From Arthrobacter sp. (lineage in GTDB: Bacteria > Actinomycetota > Actinomycetes > Actinomycetales > Micrococcaceae): a DNA stretch of 64,000 bases. Positions 54,653 through 64,000 of this stretch are shown in pieces. The notes beneath the pieces are model-generated. The model did no database searches and was not told where the DNA came from. It saw only the letters and a list, made by a program, of their open reading frames with translations. The position numbers and the translations under genes were made by a program. Where the stretch lies: NCBI RefSeq assembly GCF_031988865.1, contig NZ_DALZXY010000002.1, positions 23,950-87,949 on the forward strand, in the 5' to 3' direction. Numbering within the stretch: position 1 is the stretch's first letter; every line of letters begins with the position of its first letter.

Positions 54653-55162
54653 TTAGGTGAGGAACCGTGCAGGAGCGGTGTCTTCCATGACCTTGGCGAC
54701 GGCGCCCTGCTGGTCCCGGGCGTGCTCCAGCAGTTCGCGGATCCGCGGGGCGTGGAAGCGGTGGTCATGGGCGGAGAGCACCAGCAGCGTCTGCCACAGG
54801 CATTCCTTCGCCCGCACCACCGACTGCAGAGTTTCCAGTTCCAATTGGCCCGTGGTGCCTGTCCCGGTGCTCAGCGGGTTGACCGGGCCAAGACGCCCCA
54901 CCGCCGCGCCGATCCAGGCCAGGCCCCGCTTCACCGGGCTGCGCCGGTAGCCCAGGGCCAGGATGAGGGTCTCAAGTTCGTCCCGCTCGTCAGAGATCTG
55001 TTCCGTCAGGTGGGCGAAGACTGCCTCATGCTCGGTGTCTTCCCACGTTTTGTATGCTGCCTTGAAGAGCCGCACGCCGGCCTCCGCGCCCAGCAGGTGG
55101 TCATCCAAGTAGGCGGCCAGCGACTCGTGGCGCGGTGTCCTGCCGGGCTCGGTCTGCGGCAT
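54653..55162 (-). CDS. Hypothetical helical protein (169 aa)
   Basis: Strong SD (GAAGGAG, 6-nt spacing) before ATG 55162, and a protein-like composition. I recognise no family. Confidence 0.6.
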   Translation of the reverse strand: MPQTEPGRTPRHESLAAYLDDHLLGAEAGVRLFKAAYKTWEDTEHEAVFAHLTEQISDERDELETLILALGYRRSPVKRGLAWIGAAVGRLGPVNPLSTGTGTTGQLELETLQSVVRAKECLWQTLLVLSAHDHRFHAPRIRELLEHARDQQGAVAKVMEDTAPARFLT

Positions 55163-55246
55163 GGCGGGCTCCTTCGTCGATCCGGGTGGCGGATGTTTTC
55201 GCCGGTATGCTCAGTCTGCTTTGTATCTTCGCAGATCGCCGAGGGA

Positions 55247-55287
55247 ATGCGCGAGGTATCCGGCCACCGGCCGGATACCTCGCGCAT
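55247..55287 (-). terminator. Perfect 19-bp hairpin after the FtsX-type permease gene
   Basis: ATGCGCGAGGTATCCGGCC-acc-GGCCGGATACCTCGCGCAT begins 6 nt after the stop at 55293. No U tract. Confidence 0.55.
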
Positions 55288-55292
55288 CCGGA

Positions 55293-57803
55293 TCAGTCCG
55301 CAGCCAGGCCGGCCACCGGGGACAGCCGGGCCGCCCGCCGGGCCGGCAGCAGCGAGGCACCCAGTCCGGCGAGGATAGCCACAGCCAGGACGCCGCCGAG
55401 CTGGGCCCAGGGAAGGGCCGGAACTACGTCGGCGAAGGCGCCAAGGGCGGACTGCGCACCGAGCCAGCCGTAGACCGCGCCGAGCAGGCAGCCGAACAGG
55501 GCAGCCACGCCGGCGATCAGCACCGCCTCCAGCGCCAGCATGCCCCGCAGCTGGCCCTTCGTGAGCCCGAGTGCCCGCAGCAGGGACGATTCCCGCGTGC
55601 GTTCCAGGACCGAGAGCGAGAGGGTGTTCGCCACACCCACCAGGGCAATCACGACGGCGACGCCCAGCAGGCCCGTGACCACCATCAGCAGGACATTGAT
55701 CACCTGTTCGAAGGCAGCGCGTTCAATGGCGGAGCCGGAGATTTGGTAGCCCTCAATGCCGATGGCCTCGGCCAGTTCTGACTGCAGGTCGATGAGCTCG
55801 TTGGTGCCCAGGCCGTCGGTGACTGCGAGCCACAGCAGCGGCTCGGGCGCGTACTGCTCCGGCGCCTCCAGGGCTGGCAAACCGCCCAGTGCCTGGGCTG
55901 TCCCGGCCGAGATGAGCGCCGGGAAGTAAGCGCTGCCGGAGGTCTGGACCGTCAGTTCCTTCTCACCGCCGGCGCCCCGCACGGTAACGGTCTTCGCTTC
56001 GGTGCCCTGCGGCATGATGACCGTGCCGTCTTCCGGTACCAGGGAAGTGTCCTGAAGGACGGAGGCGCCCGCAGGGTCCAAGGCATATACGGCGATCTCG
56101 CCGCCGTCGGACTCCGCCATGCCCGCTGCGGGCAGCAGCAGCGATTCCTCCACCCCGTCTACCGAGCCGGCTGCGGCAGCATCGTCAGCGCCCAGCGGAG
56201 ATCCGTCCAGCAGCGGTCCCTGGATGGTCACATCCACCGGGAACTCGCTGGACAGTGCTCCGTCGAAGGCGCTGCGGGAAGTTGCCGCGCCGGTCATCAT
56301 CATGGCCACCAGGGTCACGCCGATCAGCAGGGCCGACGACGTCGCGGACGTGCGCTGCGGATTGCGGACCGCGTTGAGCGCGGCGAGCTTGCCGGGTACG
56401 CCCAGCGGTGCTGCCAGGGCACCGACGGCGCGGACCAGCGGCGGAATAAAGAGCGTGGAGCACATCAGCACTCCGATGAAACTCAGGATGCCGCCCGGCA
56501 GGGCTATCAGCAGGTTTCCCGAGACCGCTCCCAGCGCCAGCAGGGCTGAACCGGCCAGCACCAGCACCAGCCCGGCAATCAGCCGGACCCGGCCCTTCCG
56601 CGTCCCTGCACGGACGTCCTCGGCGGGCCGCAGGGCTGCCAGCGGCGCGACTGCCGTCGCGGCCCGCGCAGGCACCAGCGCGGCGAGAACGGTGAGGAGG
56701 ATTCCTGCGGCCATTCCAACGGCGACCGAAAGGGGAGTGACCTCCATCGTGGCGAACCCGCTGTCCGGGAGGGTCTGGAGGTAGGCCACGATCCCGGCGA
56801 TCAGTCCGATGGCCGCCAGCACACCGATCATGGACGCGATGATGCCGACCAGCAGCGCTTCGACAAGGACCGAGCGACGGATCTGTGTGCGGCCGGCCCC
56901 GATGCAGCGCAGCAGTGCCAGCTCGCGGGTCCGCTGGGCCACGAGGACGGAGAAGGTGTTTGAGACGACCAGCGCGCAGACCAGGAGGGCGACGGCGGCG
57001 AAGGCCAGAAGGATGACTGTCAGGGCGTCCTGCCCGCCGGTCAGCGATGCAACCAGTTCCGTGGTCTGTTCCTCCACAGTCCGCACGAAGGTGGCGGTTG
57101 TCCCGGCATCGGTGAGTTCTTGCTGGAGCACCGCCTGGATTTCCTTTGCGGACGCGCCGTCAGCGACTGAGAGCAGGATGCTCTCGAAACCGTTGGCGGG
57201 ATCGGCATACCTGGCCACGGTCTGATCCACGGCGAAGAGCTGGGCTGCTCCCATCATCTGGGGATCGGACGAGGTCTCAACCAGTGCTGTGACTTTCAGC
57301 TGGGTTTCCGCAGCGTCACCGGAGGGGTTCGCAACCGGCAGTACCGACCCGAGGGACAGGCTCTGCTTTTCGGCTGTCCGCTGGTCCACGGCAACTTCCC
57401 CGGGGGACGCGGGCAGTGTTCCCTGAACCACATCGACCGGCAGCAGGGACGGATCGGAGGGGAGGCTGGTCAGCTGCGCGAAGGCAGCTGCCCGCCCGGT
57501 GCCGGCGGTGAGGTAGGCGCTGCGCACGGCATAGGCCTCGTCAACACCGTCCAGGCCGCGGGCCAGGGCGGCAGTTTCCTCGCCGAGGACCGGCCAGGTC
57601 CCCGTTTCCTCGTCGTAGCCGGTGGATACGACCAGGTCCGCGTTCCGGAAGCTCTGTCCAACGCTTTGTGTCAGCGATGCTTTCGAGGAGGAATTGATGA
57701 TCAGCGTAGCGGTCAGGAAGCCGACGGCAATCAGGACGGCGACGCCGACGGCGATGAAGCGGCGGGCGTTCAGGCGCACCTGCGCCAGGGCAACCTGCAG
57801 CAC
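55293..57803 (-). CDS. ABC transporter permease with two FtsX domains (MacB/BceB-like, about 10 helices)
   Basis: 836 aa. Layout is TM1, a large extracytoplasmic domain, a 3-helix FtsX module, then the same pattern again. GTG start 3 nt after the ATPase stop. Confidence 0.9.
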   Translation of the reverse strand: MLQVALAQVRLNARRFIAVGVAVLIAVGFLTATLIINSSSKASLTQSVGQSFRNADLVVSTGYDEETGTWPVLGEETAALARGLDGVDEAYAVRSAYLTAGTGRAAAFAQLTSLPSDPSLLPVDVVQGTLPASPGEVAVDQRTAEKQSLSLGSVLPVANPSGDAAETQLKVTALVETSSDPQMMGAAQLFAVDQTVARYADPANGFESILLSVADGASAKEIQAVLQQELTDAGTTATFVRTVEEQTTELVASLTGGQDALTVILLAFAAVALLVCALVVSNTFSVLVAQRTRELALLRCIGAGRTQIRRSVLVEALLVGIIASMIGVLAAIGLIAGIVAYLQTLPDSGFATMEVTPLSVAVGMAAGILLTVLAALVPARAATAVAPLAALRPAEDVRAGTRKGRVRLIAGLVLVLAGSALLALGAVSGNLLIALPGGILSFIGVLMCSTLFIPPLVRAVGALAAPLGVPGKLAALNAVRNPQRTSATSSALLIGVTLVAMMMTGAATSRSAFDGALSSEFPVDVTIQGPLLDGSPLGADDAAAAGSVDGVEESLLLPAAGMAESDGGEIAVYALDPAGASVLQDTSLVPEDGTVIMPQGTEAKTVTVRGAGGEKELTVQTSGSAYFPALISAGTAQALGGLPALEAPEQYAPEPLLWLAVTDGLGTNELIDLQSELAEAIGIEGYQISGSAIERAAFEQVINVLLMVVTGLLGVAVVIALVGVANTLSLSVLERTRESSLLRALGLTKGQLRGMLALEAVLIAGVAALFGCLLGAVYGWLGAQSALGAFADVVPALPWAQLGGVLAVAILAGLGASLLPARRAARLSPVAGLAAD

Positions 57804-57806
57804 GGC

Positions 57807-58577
57807 CTATGCCCCCAGCTTCGTCAGGGCCGCGAGCACGCTTTCCGGCGAGGGCTTGGAGAGTTCGCCGACGAGTTCGCCGTCGTTCATCAGCACCACC
57901 CGGTCCGCGTAGGACGCGGCGACCGGATCGTGGGTGACCATAATGATGCTCTGGCCCATCTCGCGGCTGGAGCGCCGGAGCAGCGAAAGTACCTCCGCAC
58001 CGGACCTTGAATCCAGGTTGCCCGTGGGCTCGTCCCCAAATACGACGTGGGGGCGGGTCAGCAGGGCGCGGGCCACTGCCACGCGCTGCTGCTGGCCGCC
58101 GGAGAGTTCATGGGGGCGGTGGGTCAGGCGCCCTTCCAAGCCGAGGGTGCGGGTGATCTCCTCCAGCCACGGCCGGTCCACCTTGCCGTTAGCCAGGGCC
58201 ACCGGAAGCGTGATGTTCTGTTCCGCGGTGAGGGTCGGGACCAGGTTGAAGGACTGGAAGACGAATCCGACGCTGTCGCGGCGCAGCCGCGTGATCTCGG
58301 CGTCGTTCAGGCCAGTGATTTCCGTGCCACCGATCCAGATCCGGCCGGAGTCAGCCGAATCGAGGCCGGCGAGGCAGTGCATCAGGGTGGACTTGCCCGA
58401 GCCGGAGGGGCCCATGATGGCGGTGAAGGTCCCGGTTTCGAAACTTACGTCCACGCCGCGCAGGGCGTGGACGGCGGTGTCGCCTTTTCCGTACGTTTTG
58501 TTCAGTGCCTGTGCCGCCGCGGCAGTAGTGGTGCTGCCGGGCCCGGGCACAGGATTTTGCTCAGTAAGGGTTGTCAT
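57807..58577 (-). CDS. ABC transporter ATP-binding protein (MacB/LolD-type)
   Basis: GPSGSGKST, LSGGQQQR, VFGDEPTGNLD. Confidence 0.92.
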   Translation of the reverse strand: MTTLTEQNPVPGPGSTTTAAAAQALNKTYGKGDTAVHALRGVDVSFETGTFTAIMGPSGSGKSTLMHCLAGLDSADSGRIWIGGTEITGLNDAEITRLRRDSVGFVFQSFNLVPTLTAEQNITLPVALANGKVDRPWLEEITRTLGLEGRLTHRPHELSGGQQQRVAVARALLTRPHVVFGDEPTGNLDSRSGAEVLSLLRRSSREMGQSIIMVTHDPVAASYADRVVLMNDGELVGELSKPSPESVLAALTKLGA

Positions 58578-58646
58578 ACCCCCAACGCTATTTTGGGGCC
58601 TGCCTCCGGCACATCGGAGGGTGGACGGGGATCGCCGGACACCGGC

Positions 58647-58961
58647 TCATACCGTGGGTGGAAGCGGGCCGGCCAGCCGGTAGGACTCCAGGAGCAGCTC
58701 GCGCAGTTCTGTTTCGTCCACGGCTTCCAGCCGGACCAGGACCAGCAGGGGAGAGCGGTTGTGGTGGGGCGTCCAGTAGAACGTCCGCGGATCCGTTTCT
58801 GCCAGCGCCTCGCGTTCCTCCGACTTCACGGTGAGGACCCCGTCCTCCCACATACGCGCCATCAGGGTGCGGGCGAACCAGGCGGGCTGTTGCCAGCTCA
58901 GGCGTTCGGTAACACCAGGCAGGGACAGGCAGATGGAACGGACATCGTGTTCAGCAGGCAC
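58647..58961 (-). CDS. MmcQ/YjbR family protein
   Basis: 104 aa, beginning ICLSLPGVTERLSWQQPAWF..., which resembles the YjbR fold family as I remember it. GTG start 6 nt after GGGAGG. Confidence 0.7.
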   Translation of the reverse strand: MPAEHDVRSICLSLPGVTERLSWQQPAWFARTLMARMWEDGVLTVKSEEREALAETDPRTFYWTPHHNRSPLLVLVRLEAVDETELRELLLESYRLAGPLPPTV

Positions 58962-58993
58962 AACGGACCTCCCTCGCGGCGGGGTGCTTCCCG

Positions 58994-59734
58994 TTAGGGC
59001 GCGACGATACCTGTTTCGTAGGCGATAACAACCGCCTGCACCCGGTCACGGGCGCCGAGTTTGGCCAGGATGTGCCCAACGTGGGTCTTGACCGTGGCTT
59101 CGGAGAGGAAGAGCATGGCGGCGATCTCCGGATTGGACAGGCCACCGGCAATCAGCGTGAACACTTCGCGCTCGCGGGGAGTCAGCGTGTCCACGCTGGC
59201 TGCGTGCCGGCTCACCTCGGGGGTCGGTTCACGCAGCAGGGGTGCCACATGGTCCAGCAGCCGGCGTGTAGTCGACGGAGCGATCACGGCGTCGCCGCGG
59301 TGGACGGTCCGGATGGCCTCAAGCAGTTCCTCGGGCGGGGCGTCCTTGAGCAGGAACCCGCTGGCCCCGGCGCGGATGGCGGAGAGTGCATATTCATCCA
59401 GATCAAAGGTGGTCAGCACAACGACCCTCATCCCGGGGTCCGCTGATCCCTGCGGCTGCGCTGCGGCGCGTTCAAGCAGCTTGGCGGTGGCTTCGATCCC
59501 ATCCATCCCGGGCATCCGCACGTCCATGAGGACGACGTCGGCAGGCACCTGCGCCAGGACGCGAACGGCCTGTGCGCCGTCCCCGGCCTCCGCTACTACG
59601 GTCAGGTCCGGCTGGGAATTGATGAGCATCTTGAAGCCGCCGCGGACCAGCTGCTGGTCATCGACCAGGGCAACGCGGATCGGTTCCCGTTCGGGGACAT
59701 CGCCGGCGGGGTAGGGGGACAGGGTGCCGGTCAT
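58994..59734 (-). CDS. Response regulator, NarL/LuxR family
   Basis: Receiver domain (VALVDDQ...VLMDVRMPGMDG) plus a LuxR HTH (LTPREREVFTLIAGGLSNPEIAAMLFLSEATVKTHVGHILAKLG). Confidence 0.92.
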   Translation of the reverse strand: MTGTLSPYPAGDVPEREPIRVALVDDQQLVRGGFKMLINSQPDLTVVAEAGDGAQAVRVLAQVPADVVLMDVRMPGMDGIEATAKLLERAAAQPQGSADPGMRVVVLTTFDLDEYALSAIRAGASGFLLKDAPPEELLEAIRTVHRGDAVIAPSTTRRLLDHVAPLLREPTPEVSRHAASVDTLTPREREVFTLIAGGLSNPEIAAMLFLSEATVKTHVGHILAKLGARDRVQAVVIAYETGIVAP

Positions 59735-59736
59735 GC

Positions 59737-60999
59737 TTAGGCCTCCGTATAGGGAATGAACGCGGCCACACGGAACCCTCCGCCGGCCGCGGGTGCGGCT
59801 TCAAGGCTTCCATCGTAGAGGGCCACGCGTTCGGCCATCCCCTTGATGCCCTGGCCCTGGGCGCCTTGGACACCTGGGACGTCCTTCAGTCCCCCTGTCT
59901 CACCGGGGGCCGGGACGTCCGCTGCAGCGCCCCTCCCGTCGTCGCGCACCTGGAGCGCCAGGCCCCGCGGTGTCCACTCCAGGTCCACTTCGGCGTGCGT
60001 GTCCGGGCCCGCATGCTTGAGGACGTTAGTGAGGGACTCCTGGATAACCCGGTAGGCGGTCAGCTCTGCCCCGGCGGGAATCGGGCGCCGCATGACTCCG
60101 GTCCGGAACACCTGCACCTCCACGCCGGCGCGCTGCACGGCTTCCACCAGGGAACCGACGTCGGCGAGTGAGGGCAGCGGCCGGGTGGAAGCGAGCTCAT
60201 CGCCGCGGAGCACACCGAGCAGGCGGCGCATTTCGCGCAGCGAGCCGCGTCCGGTCTCGGCGATCGTGCCCAGGGTCTTCGCCGCGATCTCGGGATCATG
60301 GGCGCTCGCATACCGGGCGCCGTCGGCCTGGGTAATGATGACCGAGAGCGAGTGCGCAACGATGTCGTGCATTTCCCGGGCGATATGCGTCCGCTCGTCA
60401 GCTGCCGCCAGGTCCCGCTCCTGCTGGCGTTCGACTTCCAGCCGGCGCGCCCGGTCCTCCAGCGCTTCGAGGGCAAGGCGGCGGGTGCGGGCCAAATCAC
60501 CGAACGTCCAGGCCACCAGCACCAGCGCGTCGACGGCGATTATGGCGATCACGAAGATGGCGAACTGGTCGGGCGCAAGCAGCGGGACGCCTGACACAAA
60601 CTGCACCGAGGGGCGGATCAGGTACTGCAGGACGAACAGCACACCGCCGATCAGGGCGAGCGCGAGTCCGCTCAGGCTCGCCCAGCGGGGAGCATGGGCG
60701 GCCAGGGAATAGACGGTGACCAGCACCAGGATGTCCGCGGGCAGCCCGGTTTCGGGAACCAGGACGAGTGAGAGCAGGCAGGCGCTGGCCTGAATCGCAG
60801 CGGCGGGAACCGGCCGTGTCCGTGCCCAGGCCAATGGCAGGCAGATGGCGCAGGAGAGGACGAAGTCGGTCAGCGAACCGACGAGCAGGAAGGGAACGGC
60901 CATGAGCAGGGTGATGCCGAGGGCCTGCGTAAGGTCCACCTTGCCGGGGTTGGCCTGCATCCAGGCATAGATTCGTCGGTGCAGGAGCATGGACAACAA
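59737..60999 (-). CDS. Sensor histidine kinase (HisKA_3 type) with a multi-helix membrane N-terminus
   Basis: H box REMHDIVAHSLS and N box ESLTNVLKHAG. About 5 hydrophobic helices and no large extracytoplasmic loop. Confidence 0.9.
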   Translation of the reverse strand: MLSMLLHRRIYAWMQANPGKVDLTQALGITLLMAVPFLLVGSLTDFVLSCAICLPLAWARTRPVPAAAIQASACLLSLVLVPETGLPADILVLVTVYSLAAHAPRWASLSGLALALIGGVLFVLQYLIRPSVQFVSGVPLLAPDQFAIFVIAIIAVDALVLVAWTFGDLARTRRLALEALEDRARRLEVERQQERDLAAADERTHIAREMHDIVAHSLSVIITQADGARYASAHDPEIAAKTLGTIAETGRGSLREMRRLLGVLRGDELASTRPLPSLADVGSLVEAVQRAGVEVQVFRTGVMRRPIPAGAELTAYRVIQESLTNVLKHAGPDTHAEVDLEWTPRGLALQVRDDGRGAAADVPAPGETGGLKDVPGVQGAQGQGIKGMAERVALYDGSLEAAPAAGGGFRVAAFIPYTEA

Positions 61000-61132
61000 C
61001 TTTAGGGCCCGGACGTGAGTCTGCGCGTCATGCCGTGGTCTGATCCGCGGGCGCCCGCTCAGGCGGCCGGCCGCCGTCTCAGTATGTGATACGGGTTGCG
61101 CGCTATATGGACACTCTTCCTAGAATTGCCCC

Positions 61133-62197
61133 ATGAGTGAAGCAGCGTCGAACGTTATCTCCCTGGCCGTTATCCCCGGCGACGGGATCGGTCCCGAAGT
61201 GATCGCGGAAGCAGTCAAGGTACTGAGGGCGGTGACGGAGGCCGGCCCCGCCCGCTTCGACCTTACGGAATACACCCTGGGCGCTGAGCACTGGCTGCGC
61301 ACCGGTGAAACCCTGCCGGAGGAAACGCTCGAGGCACTCAAGAACCACGACGCGATTCTCTTTGGAGCCGTCGGGGCTGCACCGGGGGACACCACCATGC
61401 CGTCGGGCCTGATCGAGCGGGAACTGCTGCTCAAACTGCGCTTCAGCCTGGACCACTTCGTTAATCTGCGGCCGTCAAAGCTCTTCCCGGGCATTGCCAG
61501 CCCGCTGGCCAATCCGGGGGAGATCGACTTCATCGTCGTCCGCGAAGGCACGGAAGGCCCGTATGTGGGCAACGGCGGATCGCTGCGCACCGGAACCCCG
61601 CACGAAATTGCCACCGAAGTATCCCTGAACACCGCCTACGGCGTCGAGCGCGTGGTGCGGGACGCCTTCCGCCGAGCCAATGACCGGCCGCGCCGGAAGC
61701 TGACCCTGGTGCATAAACACAACGTCCTCGTCTACGCGGGCAAGCTCTGGAAGCGCACCGTCGACGCCGTCGCCACCGAGTTCCCGGACGTCGCGGTGGA
61801 CTACCTGCACGTTGATGCCGCCACCATTTTCCTGACCACTGATCCGTCCCGGTTTGATGTGATCGTCACGGACAACTTGTTCGGCGACATCATCACGGAC
61901 CTCGCGGCGGCGGTTACCGGCGGAATCGGTCTGGCGGCCTCCGGGAACATCAACATGGAGGGCACCTTTCCCTCGATGTTCGAGCCGGTCCACGGGTCGG
62001 CCCCGGATATTGCCGGCCAGCAGAAGGCCGACCCGACGGCGGCTATCCTCTCGGCTGCGCTGCTGCTGCAGCACCTGGGCTTTGATGCCGAAGCTGAGCG
62101 GGTGGAGCGCGCCGTGGAAGCCGACGTCGAGGCCCGGAGCGGGCGAACACGCACCACAGCTGAAATCGGCGATGCGATCGCCGCAGCTGTGTCATAA
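61133..62197 (+). CDS. leuB: 3-isopropylmalate dehydrogenase
   Basis: 354 aa, typical isocitrate/isopropylmalate dehydrogenase sequence ([13 protein letters not shown]..., [12 protein letters not shown]). Confidence 0.95.
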   Translation: MSEAASNVISLAVIPGDGIGPEVIAEAVKVLRAVTEAGPARFDLTEYTLGAEHWLRTGETLPEETLEALKNHDAILFGAVGAAPGDTTMPSGLIERELLLKLRFSLDHFVNLRPSKLFPGIASPLANPGEIDFIVVREGTEGPYVGNGGSLRTGTPHEIATEVSLNTAYGVERVVRDAFRRANDRPRRKLTLVHKHNVLVYAGKLWKRTVDAVATEFPDVAVDYLHVDAATIFLTTDPSRFDVIVTDNLFGDIITDLAAAVTGGIGLAASGNINMEGTFPSMFEPVHGSAPDIAGQQKADPTAAILSAALLLQHLGFDAEAERVERAVEADVEARSGRTRTTAEIGDAIAAAVS

Positions 62198-62258
62198 GCT
62201 CAACAGTGACCCAATCAAATGGAAGAAGAACGGCTTCTCCGTTCACCGTGGAGGAATA

Positions 62259-63365
62259 ATGTCTGTCAGCGCTCTGGAATTCGCCCAGCAGCTATCCGCC
62301 CAGCGCAAGTCCGATGAGGAGCGCGCAGCCGTCCTCGCGGATCCGGGATTCGGAAACCACTTCACGGACCACACGGCCGTCATTGACTACCGCGCCGGGG
62401 AAAATGGCGTAGGCCAGTGGCAGGACGCACGGATCGAGCCCTACGGCCCGATCGCGATGGACCCTGCCGCCGCCGTCCTGCACTACGGCCAGGAAATCTT
62501 CGAAGGGCTCAAGGCCTACCGGCACCAGGACGGTTCCATCTGGACCTTCCGTCCGGAGGCGAACGCCGCCCGGCTCAACACCTCTGCCCGCCGGCTTGCC
62601 CTGCCCGAGCTGCCCGAGGAGCTGTTCCTCGCCTCCCTCAGCCAGCTCGTCGCCGTCGACCGTGATTGGGTGCCCACCGGTGACGGGGAGTCCCTGTACC
62701 TGCGCCCGTTTATGATCGCCACGGAGCCCTTCCTGGGTGTCCGCCCGGCCCGCGAGGTGTCTTACCGGGTCATCGCGTCCCCTGCCGGCAACTACTTCGG
62801 CGGCGAACTGAAGCCTGTCTCCATCTGGCTCTCGACTAAGTACGCCCGCGCCGGCCGCGGCGGTACCGGCGAAGCCAAGTGCGGCGGGAACTATGCTGCC
62901 TCCCTCATCGCGCAGATGGAGGGCGAAGCCAACGGCTGCAAGCAGGTCCTCTTCCTTGACGAGTTCAATGACAACGCCGTGGAAGAACTGGGCGGCATGA
63001 ACGTCTTCTTCGTCTTCAAGGACGGCACCCTCGTGACGCCAGCACTCTCCGGCACCATCCTGCACGGGGTGACCCGGGATTCGGTGCTGCAGCTGGGCCG
63101 CGACCGCGGGCTGAAGGTCGAAGAACGCAAGATCACCCTGGATGAATGGCGCGACGGCGTTGCCTCCGGCGACATCACCGAGGTCTTTGCCTGCGGCACG
63201 GCCGCCGTGATCACCCCGGTTGGTGAACTGAAGTCCGAGACCGAGACCATCGGTTCCCCGGATGCGGTTGCTGGGGAAGTCACCATGTCCATCCGCAGCG
63301 AGCTGCTCGGAATCCAGACCGGCGCCGTGGAGGATACCCGCGGCTGGCTGAGCCGACTGGCGTAG
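62259..63365 (+). CDS. ilvE: Branched-chain amino acid aminotransferase
   Basis: I chose the start MSVSALEFAQ (ATG 62259, GGAGGA upstream). PLP-lysine context GEAKCGGNYAASL. The listed ORF start at 62010 lies inside leuB. Confidence 0.95.
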   Translation: MSVSALEFAQQLSAQRKSDEERAAVLADPGFGNHFTDHTAVIDYRAGENGVGQWQDARIEPYGPIAMDPAAAVLHYGQEIFEGLKAYRHQDGSIWTFRPEANAARLNTSARRLALPELPEELFLASLSQLVAVDRDWVPTGDGESLYLRPFMIATEPFLGVRPAREVSYRVIASPAGNYFGGELKPVSIWLSTKYARAGRGGTGEAKCGGNYAASLIAQMEGEANGCKQVLFLDEFNDNAVEELGGMNVFFVFKDGTLVTPALSGTILHGVTRDSVLQLGRDRGLKVEERKITLDEWRDGVASGDITEVFACGTAAVITPVGELKSETETIGSPDAVAGEVTMSIRSELLGIQTGAVEDTRGWLSRLA

Positions 63366-63372
63366 CCGGACC

Positions 63373-64000
63373 ATGACTGAATCGGCACAGCCGGCACCGG
63401 GACAAATGGTGCGCAGTTCCCCGCTTACCCGGTACCGGCTGGCCGACAACCCCGGGCCCATGAGCCTGGACGGCACCAAGAGCTACATCATTGCCGCCTC
63501 GGAGGAGGGGACCTGCGTCGTCGTGGATCCGGGCCCCGACCAGGAGGACCATCTGCAGGGACTGGCCGCCGCGGGCGAAGTGGCCCTGATCCTGATCACG
63601 CACCGGCACCCGGACCATACCGCTGGCGCGGAACGCTTCCACCAGCTGACAGGTGCTCCTGTCCGCGCGGCCGATCCGGCCTTCTGTTTCGGCGGGGAAC
63701 CGCTGCGCGACGGCGAAGTCATTGAGGCCGGCGGCACGCAGATCCAGGTGCTGGCCACTCCGGGACATACCTCCGACTCGGTCTGCTTCTACCTGCCGAG
63801 GGACGGCAGCAACGGATCGATCCTCACCGGGGACACCATCCTGGGCAGGGGCACCACCGTGCTGGACTACCCGGACGGCACGCTCCAGGACTTTATGGCC
63901 AGCCTGGACAAACTGGGCAAACTTGGTCCGGCCACCGTGCTGCCCGCCCATGGTCCCGATCTGGAGAACCTGGAATCAGTGGTCCTGACCTACCGTGACC
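63373..64000 (+). CDS. MBL-fold metallo-hydrolase (3' end lies outside the window)
   Basis: Frame 1 is open from ATG 63373 to the window end. It is not in the ORF track because there is no stop. HxHxDH motif ITHRHPDHTAG and a later TPGHTSDS. Confidence 0.8.
   Translation, partial: MTESAQPAPGQMVRSSPLTRYRLADNPGPMSLDGTKSYIIAASEEGTCVVVDPGPDQEDHLQGLAAAGEVALILITHRHPDHTAGAERFHQLTGAPVRAADPAFCFGGEPLRDGEVIEAGGTQIQVLATPGHTSDSVCFYLPRDGSNGSILTGDTILGRGTTVLDYPDGTLQDFMASLDKLGKLGPATVLPAHGPDLENLESVVLTYRD

Noticed and set aside
61000-61132. Possible leucine leader peptide upstream of leuB.
   Set aside because: The only small ORF (MPWSDPRAPAQAAGRRLSM) has no Leu run, no SD, and no terminator/antiterminator pattern.

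Overview
This is a 64-kb, visibly GC-rich chromosomal segment in which third codon positions are mostly G/C. It reads like core genome of a high-GC actinobacterium. The proteins look Micrococcaceae/Arthrobacter-like, but that guess comes from memory of family sequences, not from a search.

I support about 57 protein genes and 3 tRNAs (two identical tRNA-Lys-CTT in tandem, one tRNA-Leu-TAG). I found no rRNA, no CRISPR, and no transposase, integrase or phage genes.

Gene order, left to right:
- sbcD (partial) and sbcC
- an MFS transporter
- an NMT1-type ABC importer
- a soluble Hanks Ser/Thr kinase
- an E1alpha / E1beta / lipoyl-carrier / alpha-beta-hydrolase operon (acetoin-dehydrogenase-like, with a split E2)
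- an Lrp/AsnC regulator
- an NrtR-like Nudix regulator
- a TetR-flanked DUF3237 + peptide-type ABC importer + amidase operon
- an M20 peptidase and MFS pair
- a MarR + luciferase-like oxidoreductase pair, next to an orphan RND pump
- mqo
- a second peptide-type ABC importer with two binding proteins
- the tRNAs, then a MarR / bcp pair
- a 2-hydroxyacid dehydrogenase
- ilvD, then ilvBNC with a leader peptide, then serA and metG
- a NarL-type two-component system + YjbR + FtsX-type ABC module
- leuB, ilvE, and a partial MBL-fold hydrolase

I do not see a convincing new multi-gene system (defence, secretion or mobile) in this window.

The observations most worth a second look are:
- the split AcoC-like E2
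- an AT-rich island with a strongly SD-preceded 20-codon mini-ORF ending at the foot of a perfect 19-bp hairpin, upstream of the Lrp gene
- a probably leaderless, TetR-operator-overlapped promoter for the DUF3237/ABC/amidase operon
- a 51/52-nt tandem repeat array between ilvD and ilvB
- an unlisted BCAA-rich ilvB leader peptide with attenuator
- several unlisted small ORFs

Two notes on the ORF track. It renders GTG/TTG starts as M. Many of its longest ORFs are antisense shadows of real genes, which is typical of GC-rich DNA.
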